DNA of 64,000 nt from Vulcanimicrobiota bacterium (GTDB lineage: Bacteria > Vulcanimicrobiota > Vulcanimicrobiia > Vulcanimicrobiales > Vulcanimicrobiaceae): assembly GCA_963833095.1 (NCBI GenBank), contig CAWHWQ010000005.1, forward strand, positions 288,001 through 352,000, given 5' to 3'. This document shows, one piece after another, positions 51,280 through 59,677 of the stretch (positions are counted from its first letter, which is position 1; each line of letters starts with the position of its first letter). The notes under the pieces were generated by a model. It worked only from the letters and a program-made list of their open reading frames with translations, searched no databases and was not told the origin of the DNA. Position numbers and translations under genes: made by a program.

Positions 51280-52001
51280 CTAGTTCAGTGAGAAGTACTT
51301 TCCGAAGAACTTCTCTTGGCCGGGGCGGTACGAGAGGTCTTCGCCGTTTTCGCTCGCGCTCGCGTAATTCCACTGCGGCGACGTTCGAGCAGCCGGCGCA
51401 ATTGCGGCAGCAGGCGCTCGAGGAAGTCGTACTCGGCGCGCAGGCGCGCCTTCGTGTCGAGAATTCGAGCAAACGCTGCTTGACGCGCTCGGCGACCTGA
51501 AGCGTGTCGCCGATCAGGTACGACGTGCCTGCGCGGATCGTCGGGCAGAGCGACCGTGCTCTCCTGACCCGAGAACTCGACGAGCATCGCGATGTACTCT
51601 TCGAAACGCTCGCGCACGCGTCGGTAGCAACTCGTCGACTTCGTCGATCGGCTGTCTGTTCCGGTTCCTCGATCACGTCGACGTCGGCAATCAAGTACGG
51701 TTCGCGGCTGATGACTTCGCGTGATGCGAAAACGCGTGCGCCCGACGGTCGAGACAAAAAAGCGCCCAAAAGGAAGCGGCTGCACGTCGAGGATCTCGGC
51801 GATCGAACCGACCTCATGCGGCAGTACGTTAGGATCGCCCGCCTCAGCCCCTTCGGCGATCAGCGCGACGCCGAAACCTTCTCCGGATTCCAGGCACTCG
51901 TTGATCATTTGCTTGTAGCGCGGCTCGAAAATATGAAGGTTGAGCACGGCGCCCGGAAACAGCACCGAGTTCAGTGGGAAGAGCCGCAAACGCCGAGCCA
52001 T
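51280..52001 (-). CDS. LON peptidase substrate-binding domain protein (several frameshifts)
   Basis: LRLFPLNSVLFPG..LHIFEPRYKQMI; reconstructed end KYFSLN*. Confidence 0.85.
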
Positions 52002-52061
52002 AGAGGGGACCTTGATTCGGGCAGGTTGGCGGAGGTTCCCCGCTAACTGGAGAGCCGTACG

Positions 52062-52643
52062 ATGGACGACTTTAAGCGTTATCTCGACGCCCTGCATCCT
52101 GAGCAACACCCGTTGCTGCTCGAGCTGGAGCAGCATGGCCGCAAAGACGGCGTTCACGATCGTCTCGCGCGAGGCCGGACGCCTTCTCTCGGTCGTCGTC
52201 CACATGATGCAGGCTAATCGCATTTTAGAAATCGGCACCGGCTACGGCTATTCCACGCTCTGGATGGCGCTGGCGCAGCCGCCGATGGGCAAGATTTGGA
52301 CGATCGATCCCGATAGCGAACGAACGACATCGCCAACTCCTACTTCCGCCGCGCAGGTGAAGACGACTACATTACGATCTTCAACCAGGATGCGCTCGAG
52401 CTGCTCGAAAATTTTCAGCAGCGCAACCTCGATATCGTCTTCATCGACGCCGATCGTCACCTATATCGCGCGTATCTCGATTTGGTTATCCCAATGCTCA
52501 AGCTTTCCGGCATCGTCGTCGTCGACGATTGTCTCATCGGCGAGCTCGACGAGTTCAACGAATATTTCCTGTCGCATCCGGATCTCGACGCGACCATTCT
52601 TCCGCTTGGTAACGGAACCGGTATCGGAGCGCGTATCAAGTGA
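52062..52643 (+). CDS. O-methyltransferase (frameshifted)
   Basis: ILEIGTGYGYST, WTID, DIVFIDAD, ILPLGNG spread over frames. Confidence 0.85.
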
Positions 52644-53137
52644 ACGCCCGCGCGGCCGATCCGGCCGCGTTCAGAACGGCGATGCGACGCCATCCATCGG
52701 GCGTCACCGTCGTGACATCGCTAAGGGAGGGCGAGCCGCGCGGCATTACGCTGAGCGCGTTTGCGAGCGTCTCGACAGACCCGCCGATGCTTCTGATCTG
52801 CGTGAACCGCAAGGCCCGCTCGTATTTGTATATCTGCGAGCTCGCGGATCTTCTGCGTCAACCTCCTTGCCGTGGAGCAGCGTGAACTCGCCGAGCGCTT
52901 CTCCGGCCGCATCAAGGAACATCAGTTCGACGACATTGCGTGGTCGACCGATGTAACCGGGGCGCCGGTGCTTGCCGGAACAATCGGACATTTCGATTGC
53001 GTGGTGGAGGCCGAACACCACGCCGGGTCGCACTCGATCCTCATCGGCAAGGTGCTCGCGTGCTCGGCGCGCGAGGGCGCACCGCTAGGTTACTACGAAG
53101 GCGCCTTCCGCGACTTCCATCTGCGAGCAAACGATGA
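52640..53137 (+). CDS. Flavin reductase family protein (frameshifted)
   Basis: FRTAMRRHPSGVTVVT, SVSTDPP, GAPVL, AGSHSILIG, PLGY. Confidence 0.85.
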
Positions 53138-53769
53138 TCGTCGAGACCTTCCCCGTTGGCTTGCTGGCCTGTAACGCGACGATCGTCGGCGACGAGGAGA
53201 CGCGCGACGCGATCGTCATCGACGGCGGCGACGGCGTCGATGACGTTCTCACACGGCTCAAGCAGCTCGGATTACGTGCGCGTTACCTTGTGCACACCCA
53301 CGCTCACTTCGATCATATTGCGGATGTCGGGCGTCTGCGCGAAGCCACGCGCGCTCTGGCATTACTCCACCACGATGACCTGCCGATCTATCACGACCAG
53401 CCGCGACTACTCAAACTGTTTGGGTTGCCGTCGATGCCACCCGTCGTGGCACTCGACGGCGACTTGGAAGACGGCTATCGAATGTCCATCGGTAAGGTCA
53501 CCTGCGACGTCTTGCATACGCCAGGACACACGCCGGGCAGCGTCTGCTTTGCCATCGAAGGCGGCGGTGCTACGCGACTCCTCACCGGTGACACGCTCTT
53601 TGCCGGCGCAATCGGACGTTGGGATTTGGGCGGCACGTCGATGGAAGACATCGTCGCGTCGATTCACCGCAAGCTGATGGACTATCCCGATGCGACGCCG
53701 GTCGTTCCGGGCCACGGCTCGTTCACGACGATCGGGCACGAACGCGCAAACAATCCGTACCTTCAGTAA
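53134..53769 (+). CDS. MBL-fold hydrolase (glyoxalase II/YcbL-like)
   Basis: HTHAHFDH, HTPGHTPG, TGDTLF, PGHG. Confidence 0.92.
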   Translation: MIVETFPVGLLACNATIVGDEETRDAIVIDGGDGVDDVLTRLKQLGLRARYLVHTHAHFDHIADVGRLREATRALALLHHDDLPIYHDQPRLLKLFGLPSMPPVVALDGDLEDGYRMSIGKVTCDVLHTPGHTPGSVCFAIEGGGATRLLTGDTLFAGAIGRWDLGGTSMEDIVASIHRKLMDYPDATPVVPGHGSFTTIGHERANNPYLQ

Positions 53770-54320
53770 GGCGCCTTGTTAACTCTCCATTTCTCGCAAA
53801 CAGTAGTGAAACGAATCCAATACAGCTTATCTTCAAGACGCTCGTGGGCGATGTACTTTCGGCCGAACCGGTAAAGCGTGAAGAAGCTTTGCTCAAGCTC
53901 GTGCCGCAGCATCTTGTCATCATAGACGCCTTTCAGCACCCCTGTAGCGATGTACTCACAATCGTCTAACTCGCCATCTAGTGCTTCATAAACGTCTCTG
54001 TCGCGTGGGACAGTGACATACTCACCGGGCGGTTCCAACACGGTTGTCTCGGGGTCATAAGAGTTGATTATGTCCCAGCGCCGGATGCTCTCGGTACTCA
54101 AGCCATACCGTTCTAAGAGCTTGAGCGTATGCTCAATCTCGTTGCTCCTCATCGTGTTGAGATTCGTAACCATCCATCCCGCCGCTACAAGCAATGAGCC
54201 GATGATCGGCGCCGCGTGCCAAATGTTACCAGGGTATCCCTCATATATGAGCCACCCCGATGCGACCAAACCGATCAACAGGATGAGCCCGCAAGCGAGC
54301 CGGAACGATAATCTTGACAT
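53763..54320 (-). CDS. DUF4760-like membrane-anchored protein
   Basis: Two N-terminal TMs; LDDCEYIATGVLKGVYDD...YI...R...W pattern; visibly lower GC than the flanks. Confidence 0.65.
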   Translation of the reverse strand: MSRLSFRLACGLILLIGLVASGWLIYEGYPGNIWHAAPIIGSLLVAAGWMVTNLNTMRSNEIEHTLKLLERYGLSTESIRRWDIINSYDPETTVLEPPGEYVTVPRDRDVYEALDGELDDCEYIATGVLKGVYDDKMLRHELEQSFFTLYRFGRKYIAHERLEDKLYWIRFTTVCEKWRVNKAPY

Positions 54321-54326
54321 TGGACA

Positions 54327-54356
54327 AAAGAAAAACCCCGCTACTTAGGCGGGGTT
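54327..54356 (-). terminator. Intrinsic terminator between the small ORF and the DUF4760-like gene
   Basis: Minus strand AACCCCGC-CTAAGTA-GCGGGGTT-TTTCTTTT. Confidence 0.8.
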
Positions 54357-54402
54357 AGTGTGCGGCTTTCCGTTTCTTGCCCTTGGCCTTGAGGTCTATC
54401 AT
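54355..54402 (-). CDS. Putative 15-aa basic small/leader peptide MIDLKAKGKKRKAAH
   Basis: Extended SD TAAGGAGGTGA 6 nt before the ATG; its stop overlaps the terminator stem. Confidence 0.65.
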   Translation of the reverse strand: MIDLKAKGKKRKAAH

Positions 54403-54489
54403 AGATTTTCACCTCCTTACCGGATCAGCTTATCACCTTTTCCTGAGACTCGGTACCTATCACGCCACAGCCTCGCAGCGGCAAGGCCT

Positions 54490-54972
54490 TTAGCGCAATG
54501 AAATGGTGAGTTTGCCGTCGGCAACCGCTTGCGGTGGCGAAGCTGCCGGACGCGAGGCTCGCGGCGCAGCTTCCATCGCACCGAAATCCGGCACGGCACC
54601 ACTTGCGACCTTGGCGCGGTAGTCGTCGATCGCGACCTTCAGCGCCTCGAGCGCTCGCTCGGGATAGTCTTTCTTCTTTTCAGGATAGCCCGAGAGTTCG
54701 GCTTCGACCTGCGCTGTCGTAATCGCGCCGGCTTCCTCGATCGTCTTGCCCTTGGCGAGTTCGACGACCAAGCTGCACGTAGCGGTCCCGAAGCCGCAAC
54801 CCGTGGTGAAATAGGAAATGTCCTCGATTACCGCGCCCGGCCCGACCTTCAAAAAAAAGTTGTACATGTCGCCACACGAGTCGCTGAAATATTCACCGCT
54901 CGCCGTCGGCGCATCCATCGTTTGGAATCCCGGGCGGGCTTCCACGAGCTGTTGAAACTTGGCAAAATCCAC
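54490..54972 (-). CDS. Atypical IscU/NifU-N family Fe-S scaffold-like protein
   Basis: SCGDMY, GCGFGTATCS, GKTIEEA; the third conserved Cys is absent. Confidence 0.75.
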   Translation of the reverse strand: MDFAKFQQLVEARPGFQTMDAPTASGEYFSDSCGDMYNFFLKVGPGAVIEDISYFTTGCGFGTATCSLVVELAKGKTIEEAGAITTAQVEAELSGYPEKKKDYPERALEALKVAIDDYRAKVASGAVPDFGAMEAAPRASRPAASPPQAVADGKLTISLR

Positions 54973-54975
54973 GAG

Positions 54976-55608
54976 TTAACTTACTCCCTTGAGTTGGAAC
55001 GTGCAGGCTTTCCCACCGGTCGCGAGCGACTCGATCTGCTCGTGTTCACCACCGATCGTCTCTTCGAGAACGTGATGGATCACCGAGCAGACTTCGGGAT
55101 GTTCTTTCACCACACCTGAGTAGGGACAGGTGTGCTCTTGTAACAAGAACCCCCCGTCGACCAAACTGTATTCGGCTACGACGCCCCGATCGCGCAAAAC
55201 TTGCGTGAGCTGAGCAACTTTGCCCTCGGGATCTTTCGCGGTGACCCTGTTCTTTACGCGCTCGACCGTCCGGCGCGCGATGCGATCGAAGATTTGCGCG
55301 ACCGCCGGCGGTCCGTACCGCTCCTTGACGTCGCGAAGCACCGCGGCGAGCATCTTGTCGTACTGCTGCGGGAAGAGGGTATCCGCTTGGGGCGTGAGCG
55401 AGAATTCGAGCGTCGGTTTGGTCGGTCCGCGCCGCACGGCGTGTTCCTCGACCAGACCATCGCGTTCGAGGACGACCAACTGCTGGCGCACCGCGTTGGG
55501 TGAGAGCCCGAAGAGCGCGGCAAGCTCGGCGGCAGAGGCAGTGCCTCGCTCGCGCAGCTCGGCAACGATCTTGCCGCGGGTAGTCTGGAAAAAGCGGTCG
55601 ACCTGCAT
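54976..55608 (-). CDS. SufR-like transcriptional regulator
   Basis: N-terminal wHTH (AVRQQL..LERDG, GPTKP); C-terminal HTCPY, PEVC, KAC cysteines; divergent from sufC. Confidence 0.8.
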   Translation of the reverse strand: MQVDRFFQTTRGKIVAELRERGTASAAELAALFGLSPNAVRQQLVVLERDGLVEEHAVRRGPTKPTLEFSLTPQADTLFPQQYDKMLAAVLRDVKERYGPPAVAQIFDRIARRTVERVKNRVTAKDPEGKVAQLTQVLRDRGVVAEYSLVDGGFLLQEHTCPYSGVVKEHPEVCSVIHHVLEETIGGEHEQIESLATGGKACTFQLKGVS

Positions 55609-55621
55609 GGCGTTCGACGGT

Positions 55622-55689
55622 ATCCTACCATGGCGTGGGACAGATAGTAAAGTAAATCCTTGACTTTCTGCGGGCGCCTACCATAAGCT
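55622..55689. promoter_or_regulatory. Divergent sufR/sufC promoters with candidate operator
   Basis: Plus strand TTGACT(55660)-N18-TAAGCT; minus strand extended -10 TGGTAGGAT (55630-55622); imperfect palindrome AAAGTAAA-TCC-TTGACTTT at 55649-55667. Confidence 0.55.
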
Positions 55690-55777
55690 GGATTCCGTCG
55701 GCTTTTCGCCGATCGCGCATTGTGCGCTCGGAATCTTTGGCCGCCTCGTGCGGCAATATCTAATCTTGGAGGAAACA

Positions 55778-56548
55778 GTGGCCGATCAAGGGCTCCGCAT
55801 CGCCGGTCTACGCGCGAGCGTCGAGGGGAACGAGATCCTCAAAGGTATCGACCTGGTGGTCGAGCGCGGGAAAGTCCATGCCCTGATGGGCCCTAACGGC
55901 AGCGGCAAGTCAACGCTCGCCTTCTCGCTAGCCGGTCACCCGCACTACGACGTCACTGCGGGGACCGCGACCCTTGACGGCGAGGATCTGCTCGGACTCG
56001 CCCCCGATAAGCGCGCACGCGCCGGACTCTTTCTCTCGTTCCAATATCCCGCCGCGATTCCGGGGGTGAAAGTTCCAAACTTTCTCTACGCCGCGCGTCA
56101 AGCGGTGCGGCCGGGCGAACTCACCCCGGCGAAATTCCGCGCGCTGCTGCTCGAGAAAATGGACGTGCTTGGCATGGACCCCTCGTTTCTCGGACGCTAT
56201 CTCAATGACGGTTTCTCCGGCGGTGAAAAGAAGCGGCTCGAGATGCTGCAGATGGCTGTACTCGCGCCCAAGTATGCGATCCTCGACGAGACTGATTCCG
56301 GACTCGACGTCGACGCGCTGCAGGACGTCGGCGACACGATACAAGCCTTACGCGCGAGCGACGAGGGCAACGCCACCGGCTTTTTGATCATTACGCATTA
56401 TCCGCGCATTCTGCAACACATCACGCCCGACGTGGTGCACGTCATGATCGACGGTCGCATCGTCAAGACCGGCGGCCCGGATCTCGCGCAGCGTATCGAA
56501 CGCGAAGGATACGACGCACTGCGCGAAGAGAGCGGCGCACTTGCCTAG
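55778..56548 (+). CDS. sufC: Fe-S cluster assembly ATPase
   Basis: MGPNGSGKST, FQYP..IPGV, GFSGGEKKR, LDETDSGLD. Confidence 0.95.
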   Translation: MADQGLRIAGLRASVEGNEILKGIDLVVERGKVHALMGPNGSGKSTLAFSLAGHPHYDVTAGTATLDGEDLLGLAPDKRARAGLFLSFQYPAAIPGVKVPNFLYAARQAVRPGELTPAKFRALLLEKMDVLGMDPSFLGRYLNDGFSGGEKKRLEMLQMAVLAPKYAILDETDSGLDVDALQDVGDTIQALRASDEGNATGFLIITHYPRILQHITPDVVHVMIDGRIVKTGGPDLAQRIEREGYDALREESGALA

Positions 56549-57674
56549 TCTTCTCACGCCGCAGGAGCGCGACGTGGCGCTCGACGCCTTCGCGACGACG
56601 CGCACCGGCCGCGAAAAACCCAGCCAATATTGGAAGGTCGATCTCGAACGCCTCGTGCCGAACGCAGCGGCAGACGGCGCGGCCGGTGAGGTCGCGATCG
56701 AGAGCGCGTCGCAGCGCGCGATTGCGTGCGACCTGCAAACGGCGGCGCGCGACCACGCAGCGCTGCTCGCGCGCGCGTTTCGTCAGGCGATCGAACCGCA
56801 GCACAAGTTTGCGCACCTGGCGCTCGCCAACGCGCGCCTCGGCGCGTTCATCTATGTCCCGGCGGACTGCGCAATCGATGAGCCGATCGTCGTGCGCTAC
56901 CGCGCGGCTGACGGCGAGACGATCTTTCCGTATACCGTCGTCCTGGCTGAACGCGGCGCGCGCGTAACGATCATTGAGCGTCTCGACCTCGGCTCCGGCA
57001 CGTTTGCCTGCGGCGTCGCCGAAGTCGTTACCGAAGATGGCTCCGACGTGACCTATGCATCCGCGCAATTTGCTCCACAGGATGCGCGCGTACTCTTCAC
57101 GCGCGTCGCGCGCCCCGGCCGCGATGCACGCGTCGCGTGGGCCTGCGCTGAGCTCGGTGCGGCGCTCTCGGTTAGCGAACTCGCGATTACGATCGCGCAG
57201 CCAGGCGTCGATGCGAAAATCGCGACACTCTTCTTCCCCACCGGCTCGCAACACGTGGACGTCCTAAGCAGTGTCGATCACCGCACCGGCGACGCAACTT
57301 CCGAAACGTTGGTCAAAAGTGCCGCGTCCGGTCGCGGACAAGGGCGCTACCTCGGCAACATCCGGATCGCCGCGCACGCCCAGCGCAGCGATGCGTCGCT
57401 GCGCGATGACGCGCTGCTCCTCTCGAAAACGGCGCACATCGATTCGGTTCCCGCGCTGGAAATCGCCGCTAACGACGTGAAAGCCTATCACGGCGCAACC
57501 GTCGGCGCGCTCGACGACGAGAGCATCTTTTATATGACGACTCGAGGCATCGAACGCGCGGCGGCGGAGCGCATGATCGCGCTCGGGTTCTTTGAACCCG
57601 CGATCGACCGCTTCCCGACCGAGGCGCTGCGTGAAGAACTGCGCGTTGCCCTCCAGGCCAAGGTGATTTCATGA
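56541..57674 (+). CDS. sufD: Fe-S cluster assembly protein SufD
   Basis: PALEIAANDVKAYHGATVG..FYMTTRGI (SufD-type HGAT motif). Confidence 0.85.
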   Translation: MPSLLTPQERDVALDAFATTRTGREKPSQYWKVDLERLVPNAAADGAAGEVAIESASQRAIACDLQTAARDHAALLARAFRQAIEPQHKFAHLALANARLGAFIYVPADCAIDEPIVVRYRAADGETIFPYTVVLAERGARVTIIERLDLGSGTFACGVAEVVTEDGSDVTYASAQFAPQDARVLFTRVARPGRDARVAWACAELGAALSVSELAITIAQPGVDAKIATLFFPTGSQHVDVLSSVDHRTGDATSETLVKSAASGRGQGRYLGNIRIAAHAQRSDASLRDDALLLSKTAHIDSVPALEIAANDVKAYHGATVGALDDESIFYMTTRGIERAAAERMIALGFFEPAIDRFPTEALREELRVALQAKVIS

Positions 57675-58909
57675 TCGCGATTCGCACGCCCGAGGCGATT
57701 GCCGCGGATTTTCCGATTCTCCACAAGTTGACCTCGCGCGGCAAGCGGCTGGTGTATCTTGATTCGGCCGCGACCTCGCAGAAACCACAAGCCGTTATCG
57801 ATACGCTGGTTACGTACTACAGTGAGTACAACGCCAACATTCACCGCGGCGTGTATGAGATCGCCGAGCGCGCGACCGAGGCCTTCGAAACGGCGCGCAG
57901 TACGGTAGCTCACTTTATCAACGCCGATCATCGCGAGGTGATCTGGACGCGTAACGCCACCGAGGCGATCAACCTAGTCGGGTATAGCTGGGGCTTGCAA
58001 AACGTGAAACCCGGTGATGTGATTCTTACCTCGCAGCTCGAACATCACTCCAACCTCGTGCCTTGGCAACTGCTGGCCGAGAAAACCGGCGCGACGCTGC
58101 GCTTCATCACTGCCGACGATCGCGGCATTTTACAGCTCGACAATCTGGACCAGCTGCTCGACGGAGCAAAGTTGCTCGCGATCTCGCAGGTGAGTAACAC
58201 GCTTGGAACGATCACGCCGCTCGAGCGCATCGTGCCGGCGGCGCGCGCAGCCGGCGCGACGATCCTGGTCGACGGCGCGCAAGGCATTCCGCATCTTGCG
58301 GTCGACGTGAAAGCGCTCGATGTCGACTTCTACGCGTTCAGCGGTCACAAAATGCTCGGTCCGACCGGCATCGGCGTGCTCTACGGCAAGCGCGAGCTGC
58401 TCGAAGCGATGCCGCCGTTCCTTGCCGGTGGCGATATGATCCGCAAGGTCGAGTACGATCACACGACCTTCAACGATCTCCCGTGGAAGTTCGAGGCCGG
58501 CACGAGCAACATCGCCGACGCCATCGCGCTTGCCACCGCGGTTGACTATCTCTCGGATCTCGGGATGGATTGGGTACGCGCGCACGAACGCGAGCTGCTC
58601 GGCTACGCGCTCGAACGTCTTGCACCACTTCAATCGCGGGGTCTCGCGCTCTATGGGCCCAAGGATCCGGCACTCGCCTCGGGCGTGCTCTCCTTCAACT
58701 TCGCCGACGTTCATGCGCACGACCTGGCCTCGATCCTCGACACCGAAGGCATCTGCGTTCGCGCCGGGCATCATTGTACGATGCCACTGATGGAAAAGAT
58801 GGGTTGGCCGGCAACCGCGCGCGCATCATTCTACATTTACAATTCGAACGCCGACATCGATGCACTTGCTGAGGGCATCGAGAAGGCAGCACGCGTCTTC
58901 AAGATCTAA
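57671..58909 (+). CDS. sufS: Cysteine desulfurase
   Basis: YLDSAATSQKP, FSGHKMLGPTG, RAGHHC. Confidence 0.96.
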   Translation: MIAIRTPEAIAADFPILHKLTSRGKRLVYLDSAATSQKPQAVIDTLVTYYSEYNANIHRGVYEIAERATEAFETARSTVAHFINADHREVIWTRNATEAINLVGYSWGLQNVKPGDVILTSQLEHHSNLVPWQLLAEKTGATLRFITADDRGILQLDNLDQLLDGAKLLAISQVSNTLGTITPLERIVPAARAAGATILVDGAQGIPHLAVDVKALDVDFYAFSGHKMLGPTGIGVLYGKRELLEAMPPFLAGGDMIRKVEYDHTTFNDLPWKFEAGTSNIADAIALATAVDYLSDLGMDWVRAHERELLGYALERLAPLQSRGLALYGPKDPALASGVLSFNFADVHAHDLASILDTEGICVRAGHHCTMPLMEKMGWPATARASFYIYNSNADIDALAEGIEKAARVFKI

Positions 58910-58927
58910 GACCTTGGTGTTTCACTA

Positions 58928-59317
58928 ATGGACGATTTTTACCGCGACTTCATCCTTGACCATTACCGCAATCCGCGCAACTTCGGGCACCTCGATCAGC
59001 CCGCCGCATCTGCGGAAGATCTCAATCCGCTTTGCGGCGATACGATCCGGATGGAGTTCGACGTCGACGACGGCATCGTACGCGACGTGCGCTTTTCGGG
59101 CCGCGGCTGTGCGATCAGCCAGGCCTCCGCATCGATGCTCACCGAGACCATCAAGGGGATGCGACTCGAAGAGGTCGCGAAGCTCTCAAAGGACGTCGTT
59201 CTCGAAAACGTCGGCATCGGCATCAGTCCGACACGGATGAAGTGCGCCACGCTTGGCCTTCGCGTGGCCAAGAGTGCCGCGATCGGCGAAATCGCCGGCT
59301 GGCCGGACGAAGAGTAG
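58928..59317 (+). CDS. sufU: SUF system U-type protein
   Basis: ILDHYRNPRN, NPLCGD, GCAISQAS, RMKC. Confidence 0.9.
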   Translation: MDDFYRDFILDHYRNPRNFGHLDQPAASAEDLNPLCGDTIRMEFDVDDGIVRDVRFSGRGCAISQASASMLTETIKGMRLEEVAKLSKDVVLENVGIGISPTRMKCATLGLRVAKSAAIGEIAGWPDEE

Positions 59318-59347
59318 CCCCGCGACCGGGCAGCGAATGCCCCGCCG

Positions 59348-59677
59348 ATGCAGCACCACCATTTGACGGCGAGCGAATGGGATACGCTTGCGAAGGACCC
59401 GGAGTACCTTGCATTGCTGCGCGCGCGGCGACGGTTCGTCGTCCCCTCGACGGTCTTCTTTCTGCTCTTCTACCTCGCGCTGCCCGTCGGCATCGCGGTT
59501 GCGCCCGCGTTCATGAACCAGCCCGTGCTCGAGTCCTTGACGATCGCCAACCTCTACGGCTTTGCCCAGTTCATCATGGCGTGGGTCTTGCTCGCAGCGT
59601 ATATGCACGCCGCCCGTTCGTTCGATGACCGCGCGCAAACGCTGGTCGACCGGTTGACGGCTGAGCTCGCGAAATGA
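59348..59677 (+). CDS. DUF485 (YjcH-like) membrane protein
   Basis: LLRARRRF, two TMs, AAYMHAARSFD; precedes actP. Confidence 0.88.
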   Translation: MQHHHLTASEWDTLAKDPEYLALLRARRRFVVPSTVFFLLFYLALPVGIAVAPAFMNQPVLESLTIANLYGFAQFIMAWVLLAAYMHAARSFDDRAQTLVDRLTAELAK

